The notes under the pieces are model-generated. The model was not told where the DNA came from, ran no database searches, and was given only the letters and a program-made list of their open reading frames with translations. A DNA stretch of 64,000 bases from positions 94,860,001 to 94,924,000 of the forward strand of contig OX597819.1 of NCBI GenBank assembly GCA_951406725.2, given 5' to 3'. This document shows, piece by piece, positions 24,891 through 38,559 of the stretch. Within the stretch, counting starts at the first letter, position 1. The number at the start of each line of letters is the position of its first letter. Source of the stretch: Octopus vulgaris (Eukaryota). The translations under genes were made by a program, and so were the position numbers.

Positions 24891-26925
24891 TAGTTCCCTT
24901 ATCGTGCACTCAGTACATCGTGGTTCACCTATTACGCACTCAGTACATCATGGTTCATCAATTACGCATTTAGTACATCACGCTTCACTTATCATGCACT
25001 TAGTACATCACAGTTCACCTATCATGCACTCAGTACATCACAGTTCACTTATCATGCACTCAGTACATTACAGTTCACTTATCATGCACTCAGTACATCA
25101 CGCTTCATTTATCATGCACTCAGTACATCACAGTTCACCTATCATGCACTCAGTACATCACAGTTCACCTATCATGCACTCAGTACATCACAGTTTACTT
25201 ATCATGCACTCAGTACATCACAGTTCACCTATCATGCACTCAGCACATCACAGTTCACCTATCATGCACTCACTACATCACAGTTCACTTATCATGCACT
25301 CAGTACATTACAGTTCACTTATCATGCACTCAGTACATCACGCTTCACTTATCATGCACTCAGTACATCACAGTTCACCTATCATGCACTCAGTACATCA
25401 CAGTTCACCTATCATGCACTCAGTACATCACAGTTTACTTATCATGCACTCAGTACATCACAGTTCACCTATCATGCACTCAGTACATCACAGTTCACCT
25501 ATCATGCACTCAGTACATCACAGTTCACTTATCATGCACTCAGTACATCACGCTTCACCTATCATGCACTCAGCACATCACAGTTCACCTATCATGCACT
25601 CAGTACATCACAGTACACCTATCACACACTCAGTACATCACAGTTCACTTATCATGCACTCAGTACATCACAGTTCAGTTATCATGCACTCAGTACATCA
25701 CAGTTCACCTATCATGCACTCAGTACATCACAGTTCACCTATCATGCACTCAGTACATCACAGTTCACCTATCATGCACTCAGTACATCACAGTTCACCT
25801 ATCATGCACTCAGTACATCACAGTTCACCTATCATGCACTCAGTACATCACAGTTAACCAATCATGCACTCAGTACATCACAGTTAACCTATCATGCACT
25901 CAGAACATCACAGTTCACCTATCATGCACTCAGTACATCACAGTTCACCTATCATGCACTCAGTACATCACAGTTCACTTATCATGCACTCAGTACATCA
26001 CAGTTCACCTATCATGCACTCAGTACATCACAGTTCACCTATCAAGCACTCAGTACATCAGTTTACTTATCATGCACTCAGTACATCACAGTTCACCTAT
26101 CATGCATTCAGTACATCACAGTTCACCTATCATGCACTCAGTACATCACAGTTCACCTATCATGCACTCAGTACATCACAGTTCACTTATCATGCATTCA
26201 GTACATCACAGTTCACCTATCATGCACTCAGTACATCACAGTTCACCTATCATGCACTCAGTACATCACAGTTCACTTATCATGCACTCAGTGCATCACA
26301 GTTCACTTATCATGCACTCAGTACATCACAGTTCACCTATCATGCACTCAGTACATCACAGTTCACTTATCATGCACTCAGTACATCACAGTTCACCTAT
26401 CATGCACTCAGTACATCACAGTTCACCTATCATGCACTCAGTACATCACAGTTCACCTATCATGCACTCAGTACATCACAGTTCACCTATCATGCACTCA
26501 GTACATCACAGTTCACCTATCATGCACTCAGTACATCACAGTTCACCTATCATGCACTCAGTACATCACAGTTCACCTACCATGCACTCATACATCACAT
26601 GCACCTATCATGCACTCAGTACATCACAGTTCACCTATCATGCACTCAGTACATCACAGTTCACCTATCATGCACTCAGTAGATCACGCTTCACTTATCA
26701 TGCACTCAGTACATCACAGTTCACCTATCATGCACTCAGTACATCACAGTTCACTTATCCTGCACTCAGTACATCACAGTTCACCTATCATGCACTCAGT
26801 ACATCACAGTTCACCCATCATGCACTCAGTACATCGTGGTTCATCAATCAAGCACTCAATACATTGCAGTTCACTTATTGTGCACTCAGTACATCGTGGC
26901 TCACCTATCGTGCACTCAGTACATC
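24891..26925. repeat. 30-bp minisatellite, about 68 copies (consensus ATCATGCACTCAGTACATCACAGTTCACCT)
   Basis: Directly visible 30-bp periodicity. Homogeneous centre, diverged edges, two small indel events near 26060 and 26590. Confidence 0.97.
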
Positions 26926-27296
26926 TCGGATTTTTCTGGCTAATATATGTAAATGTATATCACGGATTCCTCAGTATATCACAGGTTTTTGCGGCTAATA
27001 AGTATTTATGTTTTTATATGTTTTCATTATTACTGTGGGAAGTTTTGGAACATAACATCTGTGATAGTCGAGGGATTACTGTATATGAAAGTTATCTACC
27101 TTTGGACTATAGTGCTTTTCCTTCTATTTTTGACATACAGATATGATCTAGATTTTTTCAATGTAAGTGATAATTTTAACATAAATCGTCTCCTAAATTA
27201 CAGCCAAGAAGATGACACAAAGACTGCTTGGGTAAGGGAGGAAGAAAAAGAAGTCATATCTAATAGTGATCATTTTAGAAACAAGATAGTAAGTAC

Positions 27297-27300
<4 letters not shown>

Positions 27301-27362
<62 letters not shown>
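27301..27362. repeat. (GA)n microsatellite
   Basis: Pure GA run of about 31 units. Confidence 0.95.
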
Positions 27363-27368
<6 letters not shown>

Positions 27369-28842
27369 ACTTGGCTTCCTTTTTATTTTTCACTGTAGTC
27401 ATTTCATATCTCTAATAATCAAGGGAAAAGTATGAATGTCACAACATCAGATTTCTCTTCAATAAGAACCTTTGATTCCAATCCAGAAGCACCCATTTAA
27501 AATATTCGAATTTAAATTAGAACCCCCCTTCCCCTCATAATTTTACGTAAAAATATTTTTTGAGTTGTATTTTCAAACAGCAACAGTGACAATGTTTACA
27601 TATTTTACTAAAACCATGTATAATTATTTTACTAAAACCCTCCAAGTTCTTGATTATTTTCAAAATAATTAAAAAATATCAGCAGTGTATTTCTTCAAAA
27701 ATGTCTGTGGGAAGATTAAAGGATATTGACATAGTAGAAATTACATTTTTTAAAAATATGCACTGTTTCTAAACTTCATGGATATTTCCAAATAAGTGTT
27801 GATACTGCCACTGTATTTTAGAATTTCATAGTTTTCTGATCGGATTGTTGATAGTGATTTCAGATTTATGTGGCTAACATATGAATATTGGAATATTTGA
27901 TGTTGGTGCCATTTAGCTGAGGACAGTCTCACTACCAAAGGCATCCCAGCTGACTAATGTCTTATGATTTTAGATAATGTATATCTTGAACTGCATTAGT
28001 GATATGTCTTTCCATAATGGTAGTACAAGTAATTTGAGGAAGACTTGGCTGTTGCCTGTTTAGTCCTAAGTTGGTCTTTATCAAACAGACTTAAGACAAA
28101 AAGCCAAGAAAATCCTATCTCTTATTTCCATAAATAGTGCACCCCAGACTACATAATATAATGATTTTTTTAAAGATAGTAGGGTATTGTTTGAGGTAAA
28201 TTTGCCTGGTTTTTAAGTAGATTTACTCGACCATTTGGAGACTTTATTTACAGCCAGGTGAACAAATATTTACATTAGTAACAAGTACAAAGCATGCTGT
28301 TTCTATTTAGGCAGCCAGATACTTGTCCCCACTTAAGTATAAAAACTAAAGTCATGGTCAGATTCCATTTGCTAATGGTACAATGTAACCTAGAACAATA
28401 CTTTCAGAACCTGCAATTTTCCAAAAGGTGTACTACTGGGATCTGTCTTCAGAACTACCCATTTCAATTTATACCTGTCTGACCTTTCTACATATTCAGA
28501 AAGCATACACACGACATCCCTTACAGATAACATTGCATTCATATCCTCCCACAATTCTTCAAGTACAGCTGCACAACAATTTCAAACCGACATCAAATGT
28601 TTGAGAAACTTGGCTCCAGAAAACTTAAAGAGGCATCTATAGACTGTCTCTTCTCATCAGCAGCCCTAAAGAATGTCAGCTATAATGAAGCATCACACTA
28701 AACAACATATGCAAAACACACACACCTAAAGCAAAAATATAAAGAGTTATATACAACATTCACAGACACAGTTCAAGGAATCACAAGCACTACATTTGGC
28801 CAATAGAAAGAAATAACTACAATAGTGAACAATGTATTAGAT

Positions 28843-29760
28843 CAGGGGTGAACAACTGTTTTGGCTTATGGGGGCCACTTTAAGAGGGCCACATCTTCTA
28901 TACCTGATCATATTCATTAGTTAACACTACATTTTATTTAATGCAAAGTGTAAATTACCTCATAATAGTAAATAAATAAAACTAAAACAATAGTGGTACA
29001 CAGAAAAGGTTTCATTAATTTTATTTATGTGCAAATTACACATCAGCCAGCACAAGTAATTTAATGAGATAACTGTAACCTGTCACACTTATTTACAATT
29101 CTTTTGAAATTAGGAGTGAGGTTGCTTGTTGAGATCCTCATCACTGCCTGCAAGTTTATGTCAGTCACAGAGGATTTATTTTAACTCTTGTTGATTTTCA
29201 TGCAAAAAAAAACTTTGCTCACAAATACACGTGGATCCAAAAGTAGAAAACATTTTTCCAGCAAATTTCTTGACACATGGAAATTTGTCAGTAGATACAG
29301 AATTGTAAAATTCTATCAATGTCACAGAATTAAACGTTTCTTTCAGCATGTGATATAACTGCATGTCAATTAGTTCAAGCTGCACTTATTCAGGTGCTGT
29401 ATCAAGATCAGCAGCGAAGGGATAAGATAAATTTAAATCAGGCTCAATTTTCATAAAATCCTGAAATCTTCTTTTGACCTCACCCTGCAAACTCCATAAA
29501 TGATCCCTAATCTTGGAAGAAACACTAGCAAGCACTTTCTGTTTTCTTGGAAAAACAGAACTTGTCATCACCTGCTTGCCTTGCAAATAGACCTAGTTTT
29601 GCTTTGAATGATCTCACATGCCTAAACATTTCATGTACAAACAACCCCTTTCCCTGAATGTTGCATTCAATTCATTTAATGTCTCAACTGCAAACATCCT
29701 CTTATATCTCCACTTCGCACATCCCATATGAAGGTACTCCACATGTGTATGAATGGGCAC
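28843..29760 (-). mobile_element. hAT-Charlie (GTF2IRD2/EPM2AIP1-like) transposase 3' remnant
   Basis: Terminal CAGGGGTGAACAAC...GGGCCAC at 28843. Minus-strand LNELNATF, FQDF, QLELIDMQ, EFY..FPCVKKFAGKMFSTFGSTCICEQSF (hAT dimerisation region). Confidence 0.75.
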
Positions 29761-32700
29761 ATGCGCAGGAGGTATCCACCTATTAAAACACAGGGTTAAT
29801 TTTCTGTGACACAAAGGAAGCAAGTCTTGTTCATGTCAGCCTTGGCACTAGCAGTTTACTGTGATCAGTTTACAAAAATTTTAGACTCGGAGAAAATTTT
29901 TTTATGAATCCTTCTGCAGGCTGCAGAAAACTCTGTGGTAGGCTGCTGGCTGTCAATTACCCACACCTGTATTAGATCCATTATGAGCTGTTCTAATCCT
30001 ACTTGATGTCTCAATCTCTCCATAACTAACCACAAATAAACTACAAAGTTCACAAACATCACAGAGCATACAAACACACACACACGCAAATGATAAATAA
30101 AAATGAAGGATTACCTGGACGTGTAGTTTGTTGCCACCGCCAGCTTCAAATCCCCACAGAATCTGTCACTAAACAAAATAACACCTAGATACATATACAA
30201 CACCTCAGAGCAAGAGTGCAACAATGTCCTATGTTATTATTTTACACAACCTAGACAAGCATAAAGAATATATGCAGACAGAAATACCTGAAACATCAGT
30301 GTTGTCATTGGCACCAAACCTGTACTGAAAGCAAACCACTAACAATATGCTTAGAGGAACAGTAACTGTCATGCTCTGACCACCACCAGAATTTATGGGC
30401 ATGCAGGAATAGACAATGTCCATTGTCCAAAAGCATTTCAGCTGCAATTAATATGCATTATGGTTTTAGACCATAGTGCCTGACAACAATAATAATCATG
30501 TAATATAGTATAACCAGTCAGTAACCACCCCTTACTTTTACTGTATGAAAAAAACGAGATGTGGCACCCAGCAAGATTAAATACAAAACCAATTAAAGAG
30601 CAGAAGAGCCAATAGTCAACCATATCCAGAGAGGAGAGAGATATGGCAACATATCTGTCTATTGAAATGCATTGCTGTGTTCCTACAGCTTCCTTAAGCT
30701 ATGGTTTTAGGTGATTGAAAATCATGCTTTCTAGAGTGAACAAAAACTCAAACTATTCACCACATGAATTATATTTTAGTGTTGTATATAAATATCACTA
30801 TTTTAATGGCTTAATGACAATCAGATGAGATATAAATTTCTCCAAGAAGATCTGAAAGTTTATCTGATAAGCAAACTCAAATGAATTAGATAATGATTGT
30901 TCTCATCACTGAATGTGCAAAATTAATAAATTAGAAATTCTTAGCTCACTACATTAAATATGCTTGTGCCCACGTTGCTATTAAATTTTTTCACAGTAGG
31001 TGAATCTGTCTAGTTTTCCTTCCATTATTCTTTTAAGTCATTAAGCCACTTGATGTTCATTCTCAAAAGTCTTATATTTCTGTAGACATTTTAAGATCTA
31101 GCAGTTACGAGTAAACTGTTTCACTGATGAAACTTAATAATAGAGAAGCATGTCAGGAGTTATCATTGTATTGCTAAAGATCAAATTCACACCCCATTAT
31201 ACCTATGTTTAATTCATCTCAATTAAAATTTTGTAAATGCTTCTCTTGTGGGATTTTTACCATTTAGGTAATAATTCTCATCACTTTAAAGTAGGACTAC
31301 ATTCCTAGACAATCATAAGCACATTACTAGTTACATTTATGTTGGGTCTCTTTATATACTTTAATTTTGCAATTTGACAAAAAGATCAATGAAATAAGTA
31401 CAAGCTGAGTTATATACTGGAGTCAATATGATTGACTAAATACCCTTGAAGGTGGTGCCCTAGCATGACCACAACCAAGTGACTGAAACTGGTAAATTAG
31501 TAAAAGAATATATCTGCCCTTTGATAACTATAATTGCTTATAGTTTCATAAGACCTGAATAGGCAGAAAATTTAATTCTAATTATTTTTTCTCAAATCTT
31601 AATTATTTTAGTTCAAATCCTGCCAATCCTACCAAATAAAATAGTAATCAATTACTGAGGTTGACATAAGTGTTTTCCTCACCTCAAATTGTTTATCAAG
31701 TAGACTAATAAAACGTTGATTTACGAAGTAAAGAACAACAATTTACAGGCACTTGATACAATATAACTGGATTTTAAGTTTGAAGATTATGTCATTTTTT
31801 TTTTATGGTTAGCTCAACCTATAAGAAGGAAACTAAACATAGATGGTGTCCCCAGCATGTCTATGTCCAGGAGCCTTGGACCAATAAGTAAGTAAAAGAA
31901 AATGCAAACATACAAAAACATACAATATACTATGATATACATACAAGTCTATCTATATGAATATTTCTGAATGAAGATTTTAAGCAATGTTTCCATCCAG
32001 ATGGTAACATAACAAATATGACAGGGTTCCATATATGTAACAATCAGTTGAAAAATGTCAATCAACTGAAATTATCTAAGCAATTACTTGATAAATGCTT
32101 CCTTTCTAAAGAAGGCTTAAAATTTAAGAATAACAAGCAAGAGAGATAACTCTAACAAGATCAGTTGATTGAAATTTTTGGACAAAATAGACAATGTTCA
32201 CTGAAGTGGATTTAGTGTTTAAAGAATTAGAGTGCACTACTTTTCTGGTACAAAATATAAGAATACAGTCACAATTTCTAAAAAATTTTAGATTAAAAGT
32301 TAAAATCTTCATAGCAGCAAATTGGCAGAATTGTCAGAGCATCAAATAGAATACATTGTGGTTTTTGTTTTAGTTCTCTGCACTTTGAGTTCAAATCTTG
32401 TCAAGGTCAACTTTACCAGTTGTCATTTTGGGCTTGATAAATAAAGTACCAATTCAGGAAAATGGAATAGTGAAATTGTTACAGCATTGGAAATGATCTC
32501 TTGCAGTATCTTTTTTTAATGCTCAGAGCTGATCACCGACTATGGGACCATGATTATGAAGCAGCAATGGATGTGAAGGAGAATTGTGACTGTCTACTAT
32601 TGCAGTTGGATGATAACCAAACCTTTTAAGTTGGCAGTGTGGCCAGAAGTTTACTTTCTAACCACATGGCTCTGGGGTTGGCTACTGTGTGGCACCTTAC

Positions 32701-34080
32701 GTAAATGTCTTTTTTTTTACTATAATGCTGGGCCAATGAGCCTTATGAATGGATTTGACAGATGGAAACTGAAAGAAGCCTGTTGTATATGTTTATATCT
32801 ATATGTGTATGTTTTTGTGTTTTCACCACCAAAATTTGACAATCAGTGTTGGTTTGTTTGCATTCCTGTAACTTAGAGACCAAGAGAATAAGTACTAGGT
32901 TTAAATAAATAAGTAATGGGGTTGATTTGTTTGACTAAACCCTTCAAGGTAGTACCTCAGTATAACTGCAGCCCAATGACTGAAACAAGTAAAAGATAAA
33001 AGATTCACACACATACACACATACATTTTCAAAATTATTGTAAGGTAAAATCCTCGCTTACAATAACATCTATCACTAAAGGGGAAAGTACTGGTGTTGT
33101 GAAAAATTAAAATTATTCTACTTCAATCAAGTCTGTGAAAGGAACTTCCTCACCCAATAAAATGAAAGTATTTTGTGAGAAATATGGTACATGGAATCTT
33201 TGTAAAAGCTCATTAGAGAAACTGTTCCAGTTCTTGACCAATAAACTGTAGTTTAACTACATGATTTTCAGTGTCTTTAGTTGAGTTCACTTTGTTACAA
33301 ATTTTCAGGTTTGTTCTTAGTTCTGAAGGTAATTTCTACACACAGACCTTATAAAAGGATTTTGATGCTATCCTTCTTTTGACTAAATAATATATGTATA
33401 TATTATAAAAACTAATGTTGCATGAAAAAAAATTTGAAAGGATTACCTCTCTTAGAGATTATTTATGACATTCAGCTTATACTGGAAGTGCAATGCAACT
33501 AGCTTTGAATATATATGATAACAATTTTTTCATTTATTAAAAGAAAAAAATTAGGATGTTTTCTTTAATTTGTTTATATTATTACGTGTTTGGCTCAAGA
33601 AATGAAAAAGAAAAAAAGTTATTGCCTTTGCATACAACCTCAACAACAGATCAGTTAATACATTGCGCAGTATTAACTGTTGACTTTTTTGGCACTATAG
33701 ATGATATAACCATAGACTACATTGTCCAAAGGTTACAACAAATAGAAAAAAAATAGAAATGAAGAGAACATATGATTGGTGAACAGTTCAAATCAATGTG
33801 GAGCATCTTTGTATTTTTTACAAGCTGTTTGAATTTAGGTGGAATTTAACAGTAAAATATGAGCAGTAAGTGCTATTTGATCTACCAGTATTAGTCGTAA
33901 AGAATCAATGTTTGTTCTATAACTTTAACTAATTCTACTAACTTTATTTTGTTCAGAATGAGTATAAAAATTAGTCATTTTTTATAGCAGTTATCTATTC
34001 TATTTTTGTGTTTGCATGTGTGTATGTGTTTATATATATATATAAGTTATATAAATATGTGTTTCGTATATATATATATT

Positions 34081-34124
<44 letters not shown>

Positions 34125-36039
34125 GAGAGAGAGAAAGAATGATTGACAGAAACTTAATGAAAATCTGTCCAAGGAAGTGCATAAGATGGTGGATTTAAGC
34201 CATAACTTGGTTTAACACTAGACACATACTACCTTGCTCTTGGGTGCTTTTAGCAGAATCTATTCTGTTGCAGACATTAAGGTTAGGCTCCCAGTTTAAT
34301 GTTAACTTCTTTTTATCAATCTTGGGAGCTTTGAAAATAGTCTTACCAAATCCAAATCATTAACACAAAAGATCAGCCAATCACACTCTTCTTCAATTGA
34401 AACTCATCCATGGAGGTGAACTCTGGATTCAAAGTCAATGAAATCTTGTCTATATCTACCTACTACTTATCAGTGTTCACAGTGTTGAATTAATTCTACT
34501 TTATGGAATTTACTTATATCTACATAAACCGAGTCACTGAGAATGAAATATCTTAGCAATGGACTTGACATACATGTAATAAGTCTACCAAACATCTAAA
34601 TTTGTACATCCATGAGTTACTTCTTACTTTCATGAAGTTATTTCACTTTTTATTTACAGCAGTTAAAGCTACAATCTATCTGACAAAAATTACCCACACA
34701 CACAAATAATGCATAGGCATTAAGCATACATGTATACAAGCTGTGATACATGTACAAAGTATAAATACATATAAAAACACATACAAATCTACCAATAATT
34801 ATGTATTTATTATGCCCATGTATGCAAATACACATACACACACACATTTGTTTTTACAATCAGCTGATACAGGCAGTTGATAAAAAGACTGAATGAAACT
34901 TTGGTTTTGGTATTATGTAATTATATTTATGTTCTGAGTTCAAATTCCACCAAGGTCAACTTTGGCTTTCATCCTTTCAGGGTCGATAAATTAAGTACCA
35001 GTTGCATACTGGGGTCGATCTAATTGACTGGCCAACCACTACTCCCCAAAAATTTCAGGCCTTATGCCTAGAGTAAAGATTATGTACTTATATTTAACTT
35101 ACACAAGGCAAATACATTGTTGCCAATCTTAAATCACTGCACATCATTAAAATGATTCTTACGAACAAATGAAACCAAAACAAACTGTTGAGAAATTTTA
35201 CTTATTTACAGTGATACAAATGGGGAAACAAACAAAAAAAAGATTACAATTATGTAAATGGCCTAACACTACATAATCAAAAATATTCTTGAAAATCAAA
35301 GAAGCAATGTAATTCATTCATATAACTTCTGATAAAGGTGCTGCTGCTGCTCACTGTTTTCCATGTCTTGCAATAATAATAATAATGATTATCATCATCA
35401 TCATCATTATTATTATTAAGTTGATGAGCTGGTAGAGTTGTTAGCACATTGGCCAAAATGTTTAATGGCATTTCATTTGTCTTTACGTTTTGAGTTCAAA
35501 TTGTGCAGAGGCCAGTTTTGCCTTCCATTCTTTCAGGATCAGTAAAAAAGTAGCAGTTGAATACTGTGGTAGCTGTTATCAACTTATCTCCTCCCTAAAA
35601 ATTTCAGGCCTTGTGCCTAATACAAAGGATAATTATTATTATTATTATCATCATCATGTGGGTGAATGGATAGTTCTGTGGATGCATGTGTACCATATTC
35701 CAAGCAATGATGGCTATAATATCCAAACCTTACTTTTAAATGTGGTTAGGCCTGTTGCATATAAAACAAGTGGTTATGCCTGTTTGTTTGCTTATTGGCT
35801 TTCATAAATTTTCTCTCGCTAAATGAAGATATTACAAGAGAGAGGTATGTCAACTGTGTCTATAAATCAAAGTAAAATGTAAGACATAAATAAGATATTG
35901 CAAAGAATAAGTCCTGGGGTCAATTTGTTCGACTAAAGGTGGTGCTCCAACATGGCCACAGTCAAATGACTGAAACAAATAAAAGAATAAACAAGAATGA
36001 GTAGCAGGTATATATATATATATACATATATATGAAGGA

Positions 36040-36645
36040 ATAATCTGCCCTGTCCATAAAGGAGGAAGCAGAGCAGATGCTGCAAACTACAGGCCTATCT
36101 CTGACCTCGCATGTCAGCAAGATCATGGAACGCATTGTCAGAAAAAGACTGACCACATTCCTAAAAGAAAATGACTTGCTTACAGACATGCAACGTGGTT
36201 TCTGTCCTGGAAAGAGCTGCCTTACACAGCTACTACAGCACTTCGACTGGAAACAACAACTCAACCATTCAAATGTGGATATGATATATCTCGACTTTGC
36301 CAAGGCCTTTGACAAAATTGATCATGGGATGATATATCACAAATTGTATGACATCAGTATCACTGGTAGACTGGGAGAGTGGCTGCATGATTTCTTGAAG
36401 GACAGAAGTTAGGCTGTCGCAACAAAAGGTGCTCTCTCTGAAGTGACACCAATCCTCAGTGGAGTCTCCCAGGGAACAGTGCTGGGACCACTACTGCTTG
36501 TGGTTGCTCTCACAGACATCCCTTCAGCCATAGAGTCAGCCACACTGATGATACAAAACTATCACAGGCAATCAAGGATCCTACTGACATCCTAAGACTG
36601 CGGAAAGACCTGAATGTAATATATAAATGGGCTGATGCGAATAAG
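36040..36645 (+). mobile_element. CR1/L2-group LINE RT fragment
   Basis: SLTSHVSKIMERIV, QRGFCPGKSCLTQLL, VDMIYLDFAKAFDKIDH, SGVSQGTVLGPLL, DDTKL, YKWADAN. Confidence 0.85.
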
Positions 36646-37585
36646 TTGTATATACATGTGTGTGTGTTTGTCTGACCCATATGTATGTGTGTATGTGTAT
36701 ACAAATATATATGAACGTGTATGTGTATACTTAAGTACCTGTATGTGCGCATGTGTGTGACTGTAAATGCGTGTGCACCTGCATGCATGCATGTGCATGT
36801 ATATATATGTGTATGCGCATGCATATGCATGTATGAATGCATCTATTGATGCGCGTGTATGTATGTGTCTGTGTATATAAGTATACATATTCGCAAATAT
36901 ATATGTGAGTGTATGCATATGTATGCCATTATACCTTCTTTCCTTGTCTCCTATTCCTACCTAGCACTAATCTATCACATACGTCTATTTATAGTAATTT
37001 GACATCCATGTATTCTTCCCTACACCTCAAATTTTACTATCAAAATTACCACTCACTTCCGTATCACTCTACCCATACTTTTCTCTGCCCATCCCTTAAT
37101 ATGGCTCTGTCATATCACTCCAACTCACATATTTCACATTCTTTTACTCCTTACCTTCTCATCTCTTCCTATCCCTCCCCAATCACATTATCTTGACCAC
37201 CAATTAACACTCCCTTTCTCACTTCTTTCACCCTCTCTTCACTTTTTTCCACTCTTTGTTTTTTTTTCTCTCTCTCTTCTTGTTTTAAATTTGACTTATC
37301 TCCTCTTTCTAATCATACACATCTCTCCTCCCTCCATCTATCCACAAATACTACCAGTACATTCTCAAATTTTCATCCACACCACAAAACCCTTTTGATC
37401 GATTCCATGGCTCCATACTTTGAAATGACTAAACATGAACTACTACTGGAACTTACACCATTTTTCTCGAATAATGGAACTGCAACTACAATACCTTTAT
37501 ATATCTTATTTCTACTTTCATTCTCTTATTTCTCCCTATATTCTCTATCTCCTCCTTTTCCACAATATTTTCTCACACTGTCTCT

Positions 37586-37630
37586 GACTCTGATGAAGGG
37601 ATATTCATAATATCCTAGAAACAGCTGCTA
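37586..37630 (+). ncRNA. Degenerate minimal hammerhead motif at the end of a pyrimidine-rich insert (Penelope pLTR-like)
   Basis: CUGAUGA 37590-37596. Stem II GGAUAUU/AAUAUCC. GAAA 37618-37621. Palindrome CAGCUG. The cleavage triplet and the 3' strand of stem I are not intact. Confidence 0.5.
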
Positions 37631-37985
37631 CATAAATATATCAGACCTTGAAATGGATGTCACTTCATTGTTCCAAAAGTACCAGCTGTCTCATCTAGGG
37701 CGAGGATCATCTACTGCAATAGCTATTCAACTCCTTGCCAAAACATCTGCGGGAACTCCATGGAGTGGGAGTAGATATTTTCAAGAAACAACTTGACCTC
37801 TTACTATCCAAAATCCCAGATGAACCAATATCAAAGCAGGAAACTCAAAAGAGGGCAGCGATATTGAACTCCCTCCTTAACCAGAAGCCAAACACATAGA
37901 AATGCCCAATCGAAAGGCGATTACAATGGCGGTGCCCTAGCACAGCTGCAGCCTCAAGAATGAAACATATGAAGGAATAAATAAA
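37631..37985 (+). mobile_element. 3' end of the CR1/L2-group LINE, resuming after the insert
   Basis: LFNSLPKHLRELHGVGVDIFKKQLDLLLSKIPDEP, a typical C-terminus of such ORF2 proteins. Same strand as 36040-36645. Confidence 0.65.
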
Positions 37986-38164
37986 TATATATAATGTCTG
38001 TATGAGTTAGAGGTTAAGCAACCATCTAAGGGATAATAAATATCCAAGTGCCTATTATTGCAGGATAGTCTCATAATTGAATACTAGGTATGAGTGGGGG
38101 GAAAACAGAAATTGCTTTATTTTTCTTATTTGCCTTATACATATACATACATACCTACATACAT

Positions 38165-38228
<64 letters not shown>

Positions 38229-38282
38229 TCATCATCATCATCATCATCGTTTAGCGTCCGTTTTCGATGATGATGATGATGA

Positions 38283-38356
<74 letters not shown>

Positions 38357-38363
38357 ATATATA

Positions 38364-38417
<54 letters not shown>

Positions 38418-38559
38418 GACACAGAGGCATACTTGGCTTAAGTTGTTCTTGATTATATGCCAGTTTTCAAAAATAATATATGGAAAAATAAAAATCAAGT
38501 TAAGTCATTTTACTTGACTTTATGTCTGTCTGCCACACACATATTGGAATCCTAAAATC

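Noticed and set aside
24891-26925. CRISPR-like array
   Set aside because: Units are contiguous with no unique spacers, there are no cas genes, and the context is eukaryotic.
24706-26998. Long His-rich ORFs as annotated CDS
   Set aside because: They arise from a stop-free 30-bp unit, begin in microsatellite, and are broken by stops and indels. Kept only as a low-probability finding.
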